A stretch of DNA of 49,274 nt from Candidatus Dormiibacterota bacterium (GTDB taxonomy: Bacteria > Chloroflexota > Dormibacteria > Aeolococcales > Aeolococcaceae), in the NCBI GenBank assembly GCA_003170875.1, contig PMYJ01000109.1:1-49274 (forward strand). The letters run 5' to 3'. Under the pieces are notes generated by a model, which saw nothing but the letters and a program-made list of their open reading frames with translations, made no database searches and was not told the origin of the DNA. The translations under genes and the position numbers were made by a program. Positions 9,211-17,807 of this stretch are shown one piece after another. The number at the start of each line of letters is the position of its first letter. The first letter of the stretch is position 1.

Positions 9211-10469
9211 GCGCGCCGGCCCGCAGCCGGCTCCGCAGGCACGCCCTGCGGATCGCCGCCATCGCCACCGTCCTGGTGGCGCTGGGACTCGGCGGTGTGC
9301 TCACGGCCACGGACGTGTTGGTCTCCCACAACCTCACCGCCGCGATCGACCAGCGTCTCGACCAGTGGATGACCCAGGCGGCCGTCCAGCCGAACGTGCC
9401 GGTGATCCAGATCGACCCCGACCACGACTTCGACGCGCCTCTTCTCTCCTGGGTGATGCAGCCGGGCGGGGGGTGCCGGCCCGCCGGCAGCGCTCCCGCG
9501 CTGCCCCCCCGTCTCTGCGCTGCGACCGCGCCGACCACCGCCGAACTCGCGGGCACCTCTTTCCGGCTCCTCGGCAAGCGGATTGCCAATGGGGGCTTGA
9601 TCGTAGGGGTGAGCCTCGCCGCGACTGGACAGCAGATGGGCGACCTCGTCCTCGCCGAGCTGGTGGTGGGCCCGCTCCTCCTGGCCCTTGTCTTCGTCGG
9701 CGCCTTCGCCGTCGGCAGCCGCGTCGGGGGCCCGGTGGAGCGGATGCGTCAGCGGCAGCTCGCCTTTACCGCCGATGCCTCGCACGAGCTGCGCACCCCG
9801 CTCACGGTCATGCAGGCGGAGACGAGCCTGGCCCTTTCCGGCAACGACCGAGATCTCCGCCCCGCCCTCCAACGGGTCAGCGGCGAGATCGGCCGTATGC
9901 GCCGGATCGTCGAGGATCTGCTCTGGCTCGCCCGCTTCGACTCCGAGCCCCGGCCGCCCCAGGCCCAGCTCATCGATCTGGGCACAGCCGCCCGGACGGC
10001 GGAGGAGCGCTTTGGCACGTTGGCGGCGACGCGGTCGCTTGGTGTCACCGCGGTCGCCCCGGAGAACGTCCTGCTCGTCTCGATGCCGGCCGAGTGGCTG
10101 GACCGCCTGGTCGGCGTCTTGGTGGACAACGCCTGTCGTCACGCTCGGACCGCGGTGCGTGTGGCGGCGCGCGCCGTCGAGGGGGGGCGAGCTGAGTTCT
10201 CGGTGAGCGACGACGGCGAGGGAATTCCCGATGGAGAGCTATCCCTGGTCTTCGACCGCTTCCATCGGGCGACGTCCAAGGGCCAGGGCGCCGGGCTGGG
10301 GCTGGCCATTGCCGACTCGGTCGTGCGGGCGACCCAGGGCCGCTGGCACGTCACCAATCTGGCGAGCGGAGGTGCACGCTTCGCCGTGATCTGGCCGGTC
10401 GCGCGAGAGGCACACGCAGGCTCCGGTGAGTCCACCGGCTCCGCGGCCACCCCACCGTCTGTGGCGTGA
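9207..10469 (+). CDS. sensor histidine kinase (HisKA/HATPase_c), partner of the OmpR-type regulator
   Basis: ATG 9207 overlaps the regulator stop (ATGA). Two TM segments, H-box ASHELRTPLT, and ATPase G-boxes DDGEGIP and GAGLGLAI. Confidence 0.9.
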   Translation: MSAPARSRLRRHALRIAAIATVLVALGLGGVLTATDVLVSHNLTAAIDQRLDQWMTQAAVQPNVPVIQIDPDHDFDAPLLSWVMQPGGGCRPAGSAPALPPRLCAATAPTTAELAGTSFRLLGKRIANGGLIVGVSLAATGQQMGDLVLAELVVGPLLLALVFVGAFAVGSRVGGPVERMRQRQLAFTADASHELRTPLTVMQAETSLALSGNDRDLRPALQRVSGEIGRMRRIVEDLLWLARFDSEPRPPQAQLIDLGTAARTAEERFGTLAATRSLGVTAVAPENVLLVSMPAEWLDRLVGVLVDNACRHARTAVRVAARAVEGGRAEFSVSDDGEGIPDGELSLVFDRFHRATSKGQGAGLGLAIADSVVRATQGRWHVTNLASGGARFAVIWPVAREAHAGSGESTGSAATPPSVA

Positions 10470-10508
10470 GGGCTCGCGGTCCGCACGGAGCCGCGGGGCT
10501 CGGAGGAG

Positions 10509-11150
10509 TCAGGCGTTGAGGAATGCCAGGACGGCGAGGACGCGCCGGTGATCGTCGGCGCTGTCCGGGAGTGCGAGCTTGGCGAAGATGCTGGTGATGT
10601 GCTTCTCGACCCCTCCCTCCGTCATGTGGAGTGAGGTCGCGATGGCGGCGTTGGTCCGGCCCTCGGCGATGAGCCCCAGCACCTGACGCTCTCGCGGGGT
10701 CAGGGTGTCCAGCGGCTGAGGACGGCCGCGCGCGATCAGCTGAGCCACCACCTCAGGGTCCAGCGCAGTGCCTCCGGCGGCGACGCGGCGCAGCGCGTCG
10801 ACGAACTCGCCGACGTCGGCGACGCGATCCTTGAGCAGGTAGCCGGTGCCGCCGCCGCCGCCTCGCAGAAGCTCGGAGGCGTACGACTGCTCGACGTACT
10901 GGGAGAGGATCATCACGGCGGTCTGAGGGACCTGGCGTCGGGCCTCGAGGGACGCCCGGAGGCCCTCGTCGCGGAAAGTCGGCGGCATCCGCACGTCGAC
11001 GACGGCGACGTCGGGGTGATGCAGGAGGACGGCGGCGACAAGACTCGGCCCGTCGCCGACCGCGGCCGCCACCTCGAAGCCGCGGCCGTCGAGGAGACGG
11101 GTCAGGCCCTCGCGGAGGAGCGCGTTGTCCTCCGCGATCACGACGCGCAT
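10509..11150 (-). CDS. NarL/LuxR-family response regulator
   Basis: Receiver domain (VVIAEDN, VVDVRMPP) plus a LuxR HTH (LTPRERQVLGLIAEGRTNAAIA). Confidence 0.9.
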   Translation of the reverse strand: MRVVIAEDNALLREGLTRLLDGRGFEVAAAVGDGPSLVAAVLLHHPDVAVVDVRMPPTFRDEGLRASLEARRQVPQTAVMILSQYVEQSYASELLRGGGGGTGYLLKDRVADVGEFVDALRRVAAGGTALDPEVVAQLIARGRPQPLDTLTPRERQVLGLIAEGRTNAAIATSLHMTEGGVEKHITSIFAKLALPDSADDHRRVLAVLAFLNA

Positions 11151-12409
11151 GGGATCTCCGCGCGGACGACCGTCGGCCCGCCGGCGGGGCTGCTCACCTG
11201 GAACCAGCCGTCCAGCGCCGCGACCCGCCCGCCCAGCCCGCGCAGCCCGCTACCGCCCAGGGCGTCGGCGCCGCCGCGACCCTCGTCGGAGACCTCCACC
11301 GTCGCGATGCCACCGCTCTCGTGCACCCTGACCCGGCACGCCGCGGCGCCACTGTGCTTGGCGACGTTGGCCAGAGCCTCGGAGACGACGAAGTAAGCCG
11401 CGGTCTCGACGGCTTCAGGGAGGCGGCGCGGGACATCCACGTCGAGGGTGACCGGGACCGGGGAGTTGGCGACGATCGCCGAGAGCGCCGCGTCGAGACC
11501 GCGATCCTCGAGGACCGTGGGAGCGATGCCCCGCACCAGCCGGCGCAGGTCGGCCAGAGCGAGCTTGGACTGTTCGTGGGCCTGCTCGACCAGTCGCCGG
11601 CCCTCCTTGGGCTCGGTGCCGAGCTTCTCCAACGCGATCCCGAGATCCACGGCCAGCGCCACCAACCGGGCCTGGGCGCCATCGTGCAGGTCGCGCTCGA
11701 TGCGGCGGAGCTGTCCCGTCTGCGCGTCGGCGGCCGCGGCCCGGCTCACCGTGAGCTGGGAGACCCGGCTGATCAGGCTGGTCCAGCTGTCCGGGCCGAC
11801 CAGGACCCGAGCCGCGGCCAGTTGGAGGGAGGAGAGACCACGGATGATCCAGGGACCTACGCAAAGGCAGAACACGCCCAGGACGACGACGACGGCCCGA
11901 CGTGGGCTGGTGGGTGGGAAATAAAGCGGTACCGCCAGGAACAGCACGGACAGCATGGCGCCCACCAGCGTCACCGCCAGACTGGCAAGGCCGAGCGGTG
12001 CGATCACCGCGGACCAGAGGACGTCCCGCCACGTCGCCGGGTCGGTGATGAGCACCCGCACCTTGCCTAGCACCGGCAGCCCGTCGGTCGGGTGATACCT
12101 GGCCCCGATCGGGTTCACGTCGACGACCAGCGCTCGGCAGCGTTCGAGCCAGGAGAGCAACCGGCAGCCGACCAGGGCGCAGCAGAAGAGCGGTAGGCCC
12201 ACCACGACCAGGCTCAGCACGCCCGAGGCGGCACAGAGGCACACCAGGGCAGCGGCCACGACGGCGATCGGGCCTCCGGTGAGGACGTGGGCGACCGCGC
12301 GCCAGGTGCGCCTGTCGGCGTAGGCGAGGGGCACCCGGAGGAGGAGTTGGAGCAGGGTCGGTGGGGGAGAGCTGAGGGGGCGGGACGAGGGCGCGGTGGC
12401 GGCGATCAT
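11138..12409 (-). CDS. sensor histidine kinase (HisKA_3 type) with polytopic N-terminal sensor
   Basis: H-box ERDLHDGAQARL and N-box SEALANVAKHS, with several N-terminal TM helices. Its 3' end overlaps the NarL-type regulator start by 13 nt. Confidence 0.9.
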   Translation of the reverse strand: MIAATAPSSRPLSSPPPTLLQLLLRVPLAYADRRTWRAVAHVLTGGPIAVVAAALVCLCAASGVLSLVVVGLPLFCCALVGCRLLSWLERCRALVVDVNPIGARYHPTDGLPVLGKVRVLITDPATWRDVLWSAVIAPLGLASLAVTLVGAMLSVLFLAVPLYFPPTSPRRAVVVVLGVFCLCVGPWIIRGLSSLQLAAARVLVGPDSWTSLISRVSQLTVSRAAAADAQTGQLRRIERDLHDGAQARLVALAVDLGIALEKLGTEPKEGRRLVEQAHEQSKLALADLRRLVRGIAPTVLEDRGLDAALSAIVANSPVPVTLDVDVPRRLPEAVETAAYFVVSEALANVAKHSGAAACRVRVHESGGIATVEVSDEGRGGADALGGSGLRGLGGRVAALDGWFQVSSPAGGPTVVRAEIPCAS

Positions 12410-12555
12410 GGGGCGGCTCCTGTCGAGCGGGTCAGCGTCGGACGAAGCCTACGGCCACGCTCAGCCGATGACCAGCCGGCTCTCCCGACCGCCGCAGGTG
12501 GGGCCAGCCCCACCGAGCGGGCCCGCCGGTCGCGCCACCCGCCACCGATCGGGGA

Positions 12556-14418
12556 TCACCGCCGCAGCGTCGCCGGGCGCCATCCCCTGAGGGAGCTGAC
12601 GAGAGCGATGCCCTCTGCCGTCCGCAGATCTTCGAAGGTGAAGTTCCGCTCGGCCAGACGCCCTTTCTCGATCAGCCGCCCGCGTTCGACACCGGGGAGG
12701 CAGCCGGACCCGATCGGTGGGGTCCACCAGCGCCCGTCGAGGAACACGGCCACGTTGGCGATGGTGGACTCGGTGACCTCTCCGCGCTCGTTGACGAGCA
12801 GCACATCGTCAGAGCCGGGATGGCGGGCGCTCCGAGCCTCATAGGTCGAGCGCCGCGTCGTCTTGTGGTACAGCCACACGTCCGAGGAGTCCACCGGTTG
12901 ATCGTCCGCCGCCAGCACCACGGGCGCCCGGCGGCGAGGGGGCATGGGCGCCAGCTCCACGGCGGGCACGCCGGTCCGCGAGACCACGAGACGCACCCGG
13001 CGCGGCGCGCTCACCCCGGCGAGAGCATCGCGCAACGCGGAGCGCACCCGAGCCTCGTCCAGATCGAATCCAAAGTATCCGGCCGATGCCGCCAGCCGGC
13101 CGAGGTGGCGCTCCACGTTGCGGAGGCCCGTCCCGGGCCGGTACCCCATGGTCTCCAGGAGTGAGCACTCCTCGCGGCGGCGGTGCAGGATGGCGGCCTT
13201 GGTCAGCAGCTCGGCGTGCTCGGCGCCGCCCGTCGAATCCCAGGTGATGCCGCCCCCCGTCCCATAGACGGCGTCGCCGGTCGCCCGGTCGACGACCACG
13301 GTGCGGATGGCGACGTTGAACCGGGCCTGGAAGGGAGCCCCGGGTGGGGCGACGATCCCCACCGCGCCGCAATAGACACCACGACGGCTCTCCTCGACCT
13401 CGGTGATCAGGGCCATGGTGCTCCGCTTCGGCGCCCCGGTCACCGACCCGGAGGGGAAGAGGGCCCGGAAGACGTCCGCCAGTGCCGTCGCGGGGCGGGG
13501 CCGGGCGGTCACCGTGGAGGTGAGCTGCCAGAGCGTCTCGTAGCGCTCCACCTCGAAGAGGGCCGGCACCTCGACGCTGCCGACGTCGGCCAGCTTCCCC
13601 AGGTCGTTGCGCAGCAGGTCGACGATCATGAGGTTTTCGGCCCGCTCCTTGACCGAACCGGCGAGCCCCTCAGCGCGGGCGGCGTCCTCGGCCGACCAGC
13701 GCCCCCGTGGGGCAGTGCCCTTCATCGGGCGCGTCGTCAGCCGGTCCCCCGTCCAGTCGAAGAAGAGCTCCGGCGACGCGCTGGCGATGACGTGGCGCCC
13801 GGTGTCCACGTACGCGCTGTGTGCGCCGCGCTGGGCGAGAGCGAGATCCCGGTACAGGCCGAGCAGGTCACCGTCCGCCTGCGAGCGCAGCCGCACGGTC
13901 AGGTTGCACTGGTAGGTGTCGCCCGCCGCGAGGTGCTCCCGGATGCGATCGAGTTTGCGCTCGTAGCCGGCGCGGTCCCAATCGGGCTTCCAGGGAGCCA
14001 CCGCGTACGACTCCTCCATCTCCACTTCCGGCCGGAGGCTCGCGACGGACCGGGGGGCGTCGAAGAGGCAGAACCAGGCCAGGGGAAGCTCGCCGAAGGG
14101 TTCGCCGGGCCCAAGCGCGCGGGTCGGGAGCGTCGGGTCGAGCCCCCCCGCCGCTTCGTACGCCACGAATCCGGCAGCCCACCGCCCTGACGCCGCCGCC
14201 GCCTCCACCGCGCGCAGCACCGGCAGCACCTCTCCCGGCCGGCCTGCCACCAGGACGGTGGGCTCCGGCGACGGGGGCCGGAACTCGATGCTCTCGCCGG
14301 CTCGGAGGTCGTCGAAGCGAGCGTAGGGCGCCTGGATCGGGAACCTCAGTTGGCGGCTCGCTCGCCGGCGAGGTTGCGGCGCCAGAGGTCGAGCGTCCGG
14401 TCGAAGTGCCGCTCGCAC
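12556..14418 (-). CDS. pabB: fused aminodeoxychorismate synthase component I (PabB) / class IV aminotransferase-fold ADC lyase (PabC)
   Basis: Chorismate-binding motifs (SPELFF, FPSGSVTGAPK, GVYCGAVG, GGGITWDS) followed by a class IV domain (LLVNERGEVTESTIANVAV, GCLPGVERG). The start is uncertain: GTG 14418 overlaps the upstream gene by 73 nt, and otherwise only CTG 14349 (CTGA overlap) precedes the conserved ARFDD. Confidence 0.85.
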   Translation of the reverse strand: MRAALRPDARPLAPQPRRRASRQLRFPIQAPYARFDDLRAGESIEFRPPSPEPTVLVAGRPGEVLPVLRAVEAAAASGRWAAGFVAYEAAGGLDPTLPTRALGPGEPFGELPLAWFCLFDAPRSVASLRPEVEMEESYAVAPWKPDWDRAGYERKLDRIREHLAAGDTYQCNLTVRLRSQADGDLLGLYRDLALAQRGAHSAYVDTGRHVIASASPELFFDWTGDRLTTRPMKGTAPRGRWSAEDAARAEGLAGSVKERAENLMIVDLLRNDLGKLADVGSVEVPALFEVERYETLWQLTSTVTARPRPATALADVFRALFPSGSVTGAPKRSTMALITEVEESRRGVYCGAVGIVAPPGAPFQARFNVAIRTVVVDRATGDAVYGTGGGITWDSTGGAEHAELLTKAAILHRRREECSLLETMGYRPGTGLRNVERHLGRLAASAGYFGFDLDEARVRSALRDALAGVSAPRRVRLVVSRTGVPAVELAPMPPRRRAPVVLAADDQPVDSSDVWLYHKTTRRSTYEARSARHPGSDDVLLVNERGEVTESTIANVAVFLDGRWWTPPIGSGCLPGVERGRLIEKGRLAERNFTFEDLRTAEGIALVSSLRGWRPATLRR

Positions 14419-15113
14419 GCGTCGCGGTCGTAGACGGGGAGGTCCGCCATCGCGAACCCGTGCGAGGTGCCCGGCAGCCGCTCGACCACGCCCCGCACGC
14501 CCTGGCGTTCGAGCTCGCTGCGGAAGCGGTCGACGAGCTCGGGGGTGGCCGACCGATCGTTCTCCGCAAAGGCGAAGTAGAGCTCGCCGCGCACGCTCGC
14601 CACGTCGTGGTGGGGGGAATCGGGCGCCTCCGTGACCAGGGCGCCGGGGTGGATGCCCGCCGCGGCGACGAACTGGCCCGCGAGCGCAGAGGCCGCGTGC
14701 AGCGCGAGGCGCCCGCCCATGCAGTAGCCGACGCACACCTTGGCCCCCCGGCTCGCCGCCGGATCCGAATCGATCGCCTCGAAGATGGCTTCCGTGTCGG
14801 CGAGCACCGCGTCCGGGGTCACGCTCCGGACCACGGCCATCATCCGCTGCCCCGCCGGCCCACCGAATCCCTCGGCGGCCAGCTTGCCCATGTCGAAGGT
14901 CAGCCCCTTGCCCGAGCGGTAGAAGAGGTCCGGTGCGACGCAGTAGTAGCCGTCGGCCGCGAACCGGCGGGCGTTCTCCTTCACCTGCTCCCGGTAGCCG
15001 ATCCCGTCCATGTACAGCACCGCGACCGGAAACGGCCCCCCGCCCTCGGGATGGGCGACGAAGGTCGTCATTTCCCCGTCGGGCGTGCGCACCCCGATCT
15101 CCTGCTCACCCAT
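14346..15113 (-). CDS. dienelactone hydrolase family protein
   Basis: ATG 15113 preceded by GGGAGGGAG. Nucleophile elbow VGYCMGG (GxCxG) and C-terminal TSHGF. Confidence 0.85.
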   Translation of the reverse strand: MGEQEIGVRTPDGEMTTFVAHPEGGGPFPVAVLYMDGIGYREQVKENARRFAADGYYCVAPDLFYRSGKGLTFDMGKLAAEGFGGPAGQRMMAVVRSVTPDAVLADTEAIFEAIDSDPAASRGAKVCVGYCMGGRLALHAASALAGQFVAAAGIHPGALVTEAPDSPHHDVASVRGELYFAFAENDRSATPELVDRFRSELERQGVRGVVERLPGTSHGFAMADLPVYDRDACERHFDRTLDLWRRNLAGERAAN

Positions 15114-15210
15114 GGGCTCCCTCCCATCCCTGCCTCGCCGGTCGCGACCGGTCGCCCTCCAAGTATCCACAGGCGATCCGGCCGGTGTCATGCCGGGCCG
15201 GCTGCGCAAC

Positions 15211-15378
15211 TCAGCCGGCCGCGACCAGTGCCAGGCCGGCGACCAGGAGCCAGAGGGCGATCACTCCAAGGACGATCCATCTGGCGATGAGGCGGCGATC
15301 GTGGCTCCCGCGCGAGCGACCGCTTCGGAGATAGGCGCGGCGAACCTTGAGACTGTCCGCGCCCGAGACCGGAGGCAT
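15211..15378 (-). CDS. possible 55-aa single-pass membrane protein (below the ORF-track length cutoff)
   Basis: My own translation gives MPPVSGADSLKVRRAYLRSGRSRGSHDRRLIARWIVLGVIALWLLVAGLALVAAG. GAGG lies 8 nt upstream, third codon positions are mostly G/C, and it sits directly upstream of the hydrolase gene. Confidence 0.3.
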   Translation of the reverse strand: MPPVSGADSLKVRRAYLRSGRSRGSHDRRLIARWIVLGVIALWLLVAGLALVAAG

Positions 15379-15453
15379 CAGGATCGCCTCATTGGGCTCA
15401 TCGAGCGAGCTCGGGGAGGCGGCCGGGCTGAGCAGTGCCCGCGCGGACGAGTG

Positions 15454-15765
15454 TCACCTGGTAGACCATCTGCGCCCGCCGCCCGTGAGGAGGCGAACGA
15501 TCACGAGGAGGATGACGGCGCCGACGAAGGCGATCACGATTTCGGTGATCGTGGTGTGGCCGGGAATGCTGAAGCTGATGTTGAGGATTTGAGCGAGGAA
15601 GCCGCCCGCGAGCGCGCCGATGATGCCAACCACGATGTCGGCGACGACGCCCTTACCGCGGCCGGTCACGACCTTGCTGGCGAGGAAGCCCGCCACCAGA
15701 CCGATGAAGGCCCAGAGCAGGATCGTCCCGGGATCCAGGGTGAGTGTCACGGAACCGACGAGCAT
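15454..15765 (-). CDS. GlsB/YeaQ/YmgE-family (transglycosylase-associated) stress membrane protein
   Basis: ATG 15765 with AGGAGG upstream. About 103 aa with Gly-rich TM helices (WAFIGLVAGFLASKV, DIVVGIIGALAGGFL). Confidence 0.75.
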   Translation of the reverse strand: MLVGSVTLTLDPGTILLWAFIGLVAGFLASKVVTGRGKGVVADIVVGIIGALAGGFLAQILNISFSIPGHTTITEIVIAFVGAVILLVIVRLLTGGGRRWSTR

Positions 15766-16010
15766 GGTTATCCGGCCTCCTAACGGGTCATTCGACCCGA
15801 GGTCCTCTTGATAGGGAGACCCGGGCGGGTGATCCTCACTCTGGGTAAGGGGCCGAAACAACGGCAGCAACAGCTGCGGCGCCCCGGCCGCCGGGCGATC
15901 CCTGAATCCGCCGGCTGTCGCGTGAACCGCAGCGGCGCCCCTCACGTGGTGAGGACGAAGCGCCCACCGGGCGGGCGCCAGAGACCGGGCACGCAAATGG
16001 GAGGTGTGAC

Positions 16011-16475
16011 GTGATGAGCGTTCAGCTGGGAGAGCCCGCCGCGCGGCGGGCGGCCGTCACGCACACGTCGATGTGGACGCCGAGCTGGTCCCTAGCATGC
16101 CGCCTGGTGGGGGCCGCGGCCGTGGCGGCGTCGGGCGCGGTCCACTTCCAGCTCTGGACCTCCGGCTATAGCGTGATTGCGGTGATCGGCCCGCTCTTCC
16201 TGCTCGACGCCATCGGCAGCTGGCTGGTGGCGCTGGCGCTGCTCGGCACCCGGTTTCGGGTGGTGGCGGCGGCCGCCATCCTCATGGAGCTGGGCGCGAT
16301 CGGAGGTCTGGCGCTCGCCAGCACCACCGGCCTCTTCGGCTTCCAGGAGAGCGGCACCGGGGTCGGCGGCCAGATCATGGCCGCGTACGGCACCGAGGCC
16401 CTCGCCGTGATCCTGCTCGCCGGCAGCCTGGCGCTCAACCGGGGTGGCCTCGGGCGGCGGGTCAGAAGAGGGTGA
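16011..16475 (+). CDS. hypothetical integral membrane protein
   Basis: GGGAGG 6-9 nt before GTG 16011 / ATG 16014. Four hydrophobic helices and no recognisable motif. Confidence 0.5.
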   Translation: MMSVQLGEPAARRAAVTHTSMWTPSWSLACRLVGAAAVAASGAVHFQLWTSGYSVIAVIGPLFLLDAIGSWLVALALLGTRFRVVAAAAILMELGAIGGLALASTTGLFGFQESGTGVGGQIMAAYGTEALAVILLAGSLALNRGGLGRRVRRG

Positions 16476-17262
16476 AGTGGTCGATCATGCCCGCGAGAGG
16501 TTGCGCCGCGAAGATGCTGTAATGGGTGCGCCCGGGGATGATGGCGAGGCGGTGGTGCGTGCGTAGCGCGCCGGCCGAGCCCGCGTCCCTCAGGCCACCC
16601 CCGAGGAGCGCGTAGAACTCGGCGATGTGCGAGGTCGGGATGCTGTCGGCATCTCCGTACACGAGCTGCACCGGCATCGTGAGCCCGCGAATCTCGTCGC
16701 TCCAATCGTAGGGCTTGCGCAGCAGTGCACCCACCTTGTCCATCAGGGTCGGGAAGGCGGCGGGGTCGGGGGCCACGGCGGCCCATGCGCGATAGACCTC
16801 TGATTGTTTCATCTGGTCGAATTGGCCGCTGCCGACCTGGGACATCCCCTGCAGCACCTCGGGGAACCACCCATCCCGGCGGCACGGTATCGACACCAGG
16901 GCCAATCGCCGGACCCGGTCGGGGTGCTGGATGGCGGCTCGGAGGCACGCACTGGCGCCCAGGGAGTATCCGAGCAGGTCGGCGGGGGCGAGCCGGAGCT
17001 CGTCGACGAGTCCCGCGATGTCGTCGCCAAAGGCCTCGAAGCTGAAGGCGCGATCGATGTCGCGGGTGTGGCCGTGCCCCTGCAGCTCGACGGCGATCAC
17101 CCGGTGGCTCGTCGCCAGGCGGTCGAGGAGGTCTCCCAACATGCTCGCGAGGCCGAAGCCGCCGTGCACCACGATGAGTGGGGTGCCGCCCTCGCCGTGG
17201 CTCTCCCAGTACATCTTCACACCGTTGACGTGCGCGTATCCGGTAGTGACGGGATCGGGCAT
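16462..17262 (-). CDS. alpha/beta-fold hydrolase
   Basis: Oxyanion VVHGGFG, nucleophile elbow LLGYSLGA, and C-terminal GRTHY. Convergent with the previous gene, overlapping it by 14 nt. Confidence 0.85.
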   Translation of the reverse strand: MPDPVTTGYAHVNGVKMYWESHGEGGTPLIVVHGGFGLASMLGDLLDRLATSHRVIAVELQGHGHTRDIDRAFSFEAFGDDIAGLVDELRLAPADLLGYSLGASACLRAAIQHPDRVRRLALVSIPCRRDGWFPEVLQGMSQVGSGQFDQMKQSEVYRAWAAVAPDPAAFPTLMDKVGALLRKPYDWSDEIRGLTMPVQLVYGDADSIPTSHIAEFYALLGGGLRDAGSAGALRTHHRLAIIPGRTHYSIFAAQPLAGMIDHFTLF

Positions 17263-17421
17263 TCGTCTGCTCCTCCGCTCTGGGTGCCGACGTGGGCCGT
17301 CGTCCCAGTGCTCCCCACTCTACGGTCCCGCACTTCTCCGGCGCCGGTTCACGCCTCGTTCACACGCGGCGGGGATGCTGTCCCCATCGACCACTCCGTC
17401 ACCGCAGTCAGGAGGACTGTC

Positions 17422-17721
17422 ATGTACCGCCCGCTTCGCACCTTCTGGGGTCTCGCCGCCATCGGCGGCGCCATCGCCGTCGGGCTGACGACCCACAATG
17501 CCGGCTACATCGTCATCACCTTCATCGGGGGGCTGATCGTGCCCCACGTCCTCGGCATCGCCGGCCCCGGGCGGCACCACCAGCACGGCGGCGGCTTCGG
17601 TCATGGCGCTCCGTGTGGCGGTGCGGGTGGCCGTGGCTCGCGTTTCCAGGGCATGTGGGATGAGTGGCACACCCAGTCCCACGCGGGGGGAACCGCCGCA
17701 CCACCGGCCCCGCCGGCCTGA
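17422..17721 (+). CDS. small membrane protein with His/Gly-rich tail
   Basis: ATG 17422 with aggagga 6 nt upstream. Only the last 99 codons of track ORF 16804..17721 are used. Two hydrophobic helices followed by GRHHQHGGGFGHG. Confidence 0.5.
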   Translation: MYRPLRTFWGLAAIGGAIAVGLTTHNAGYIVITFIGGLIVPHVLGIAGPGRHHQHGGGFGHGAPCGGAGGRGSRFQGMWDEWHTQSHAGGTAAPPAPPA

Positions 17722-17726
17722 GAGCA

Positions 17727-17754
17727 CGGCCCGGCGTCCGTGGTGGCGCCGGGC
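17727..17754. terminator. GC-rich hairpin between convergent genes
   Basis: GGCCCGGCG (17727-17735) pairs with CGCCGGGCC (17746-17754) across a 10-nt loop. A second 6-bp hairpin follows. There is no U tract. Confidence 0.4.
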
Positions 17755-17807
17755 CGCCCCGCCCTTCCGTGGCGGGCTCCGCCCGGATTGTGCACGCTGC
17801 GCCCCGG

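Noticed and set aside
12556-14736. Full 726-codon extent of the PabB-PabC track ORF.
   Set aside because: The first 100 or so codons overlap the dienelactone hydrolase gene in another frame and are Arg/Pro-rich. PabB similarity begins at ARFDD, so the start was moved to 14418 or 14349.
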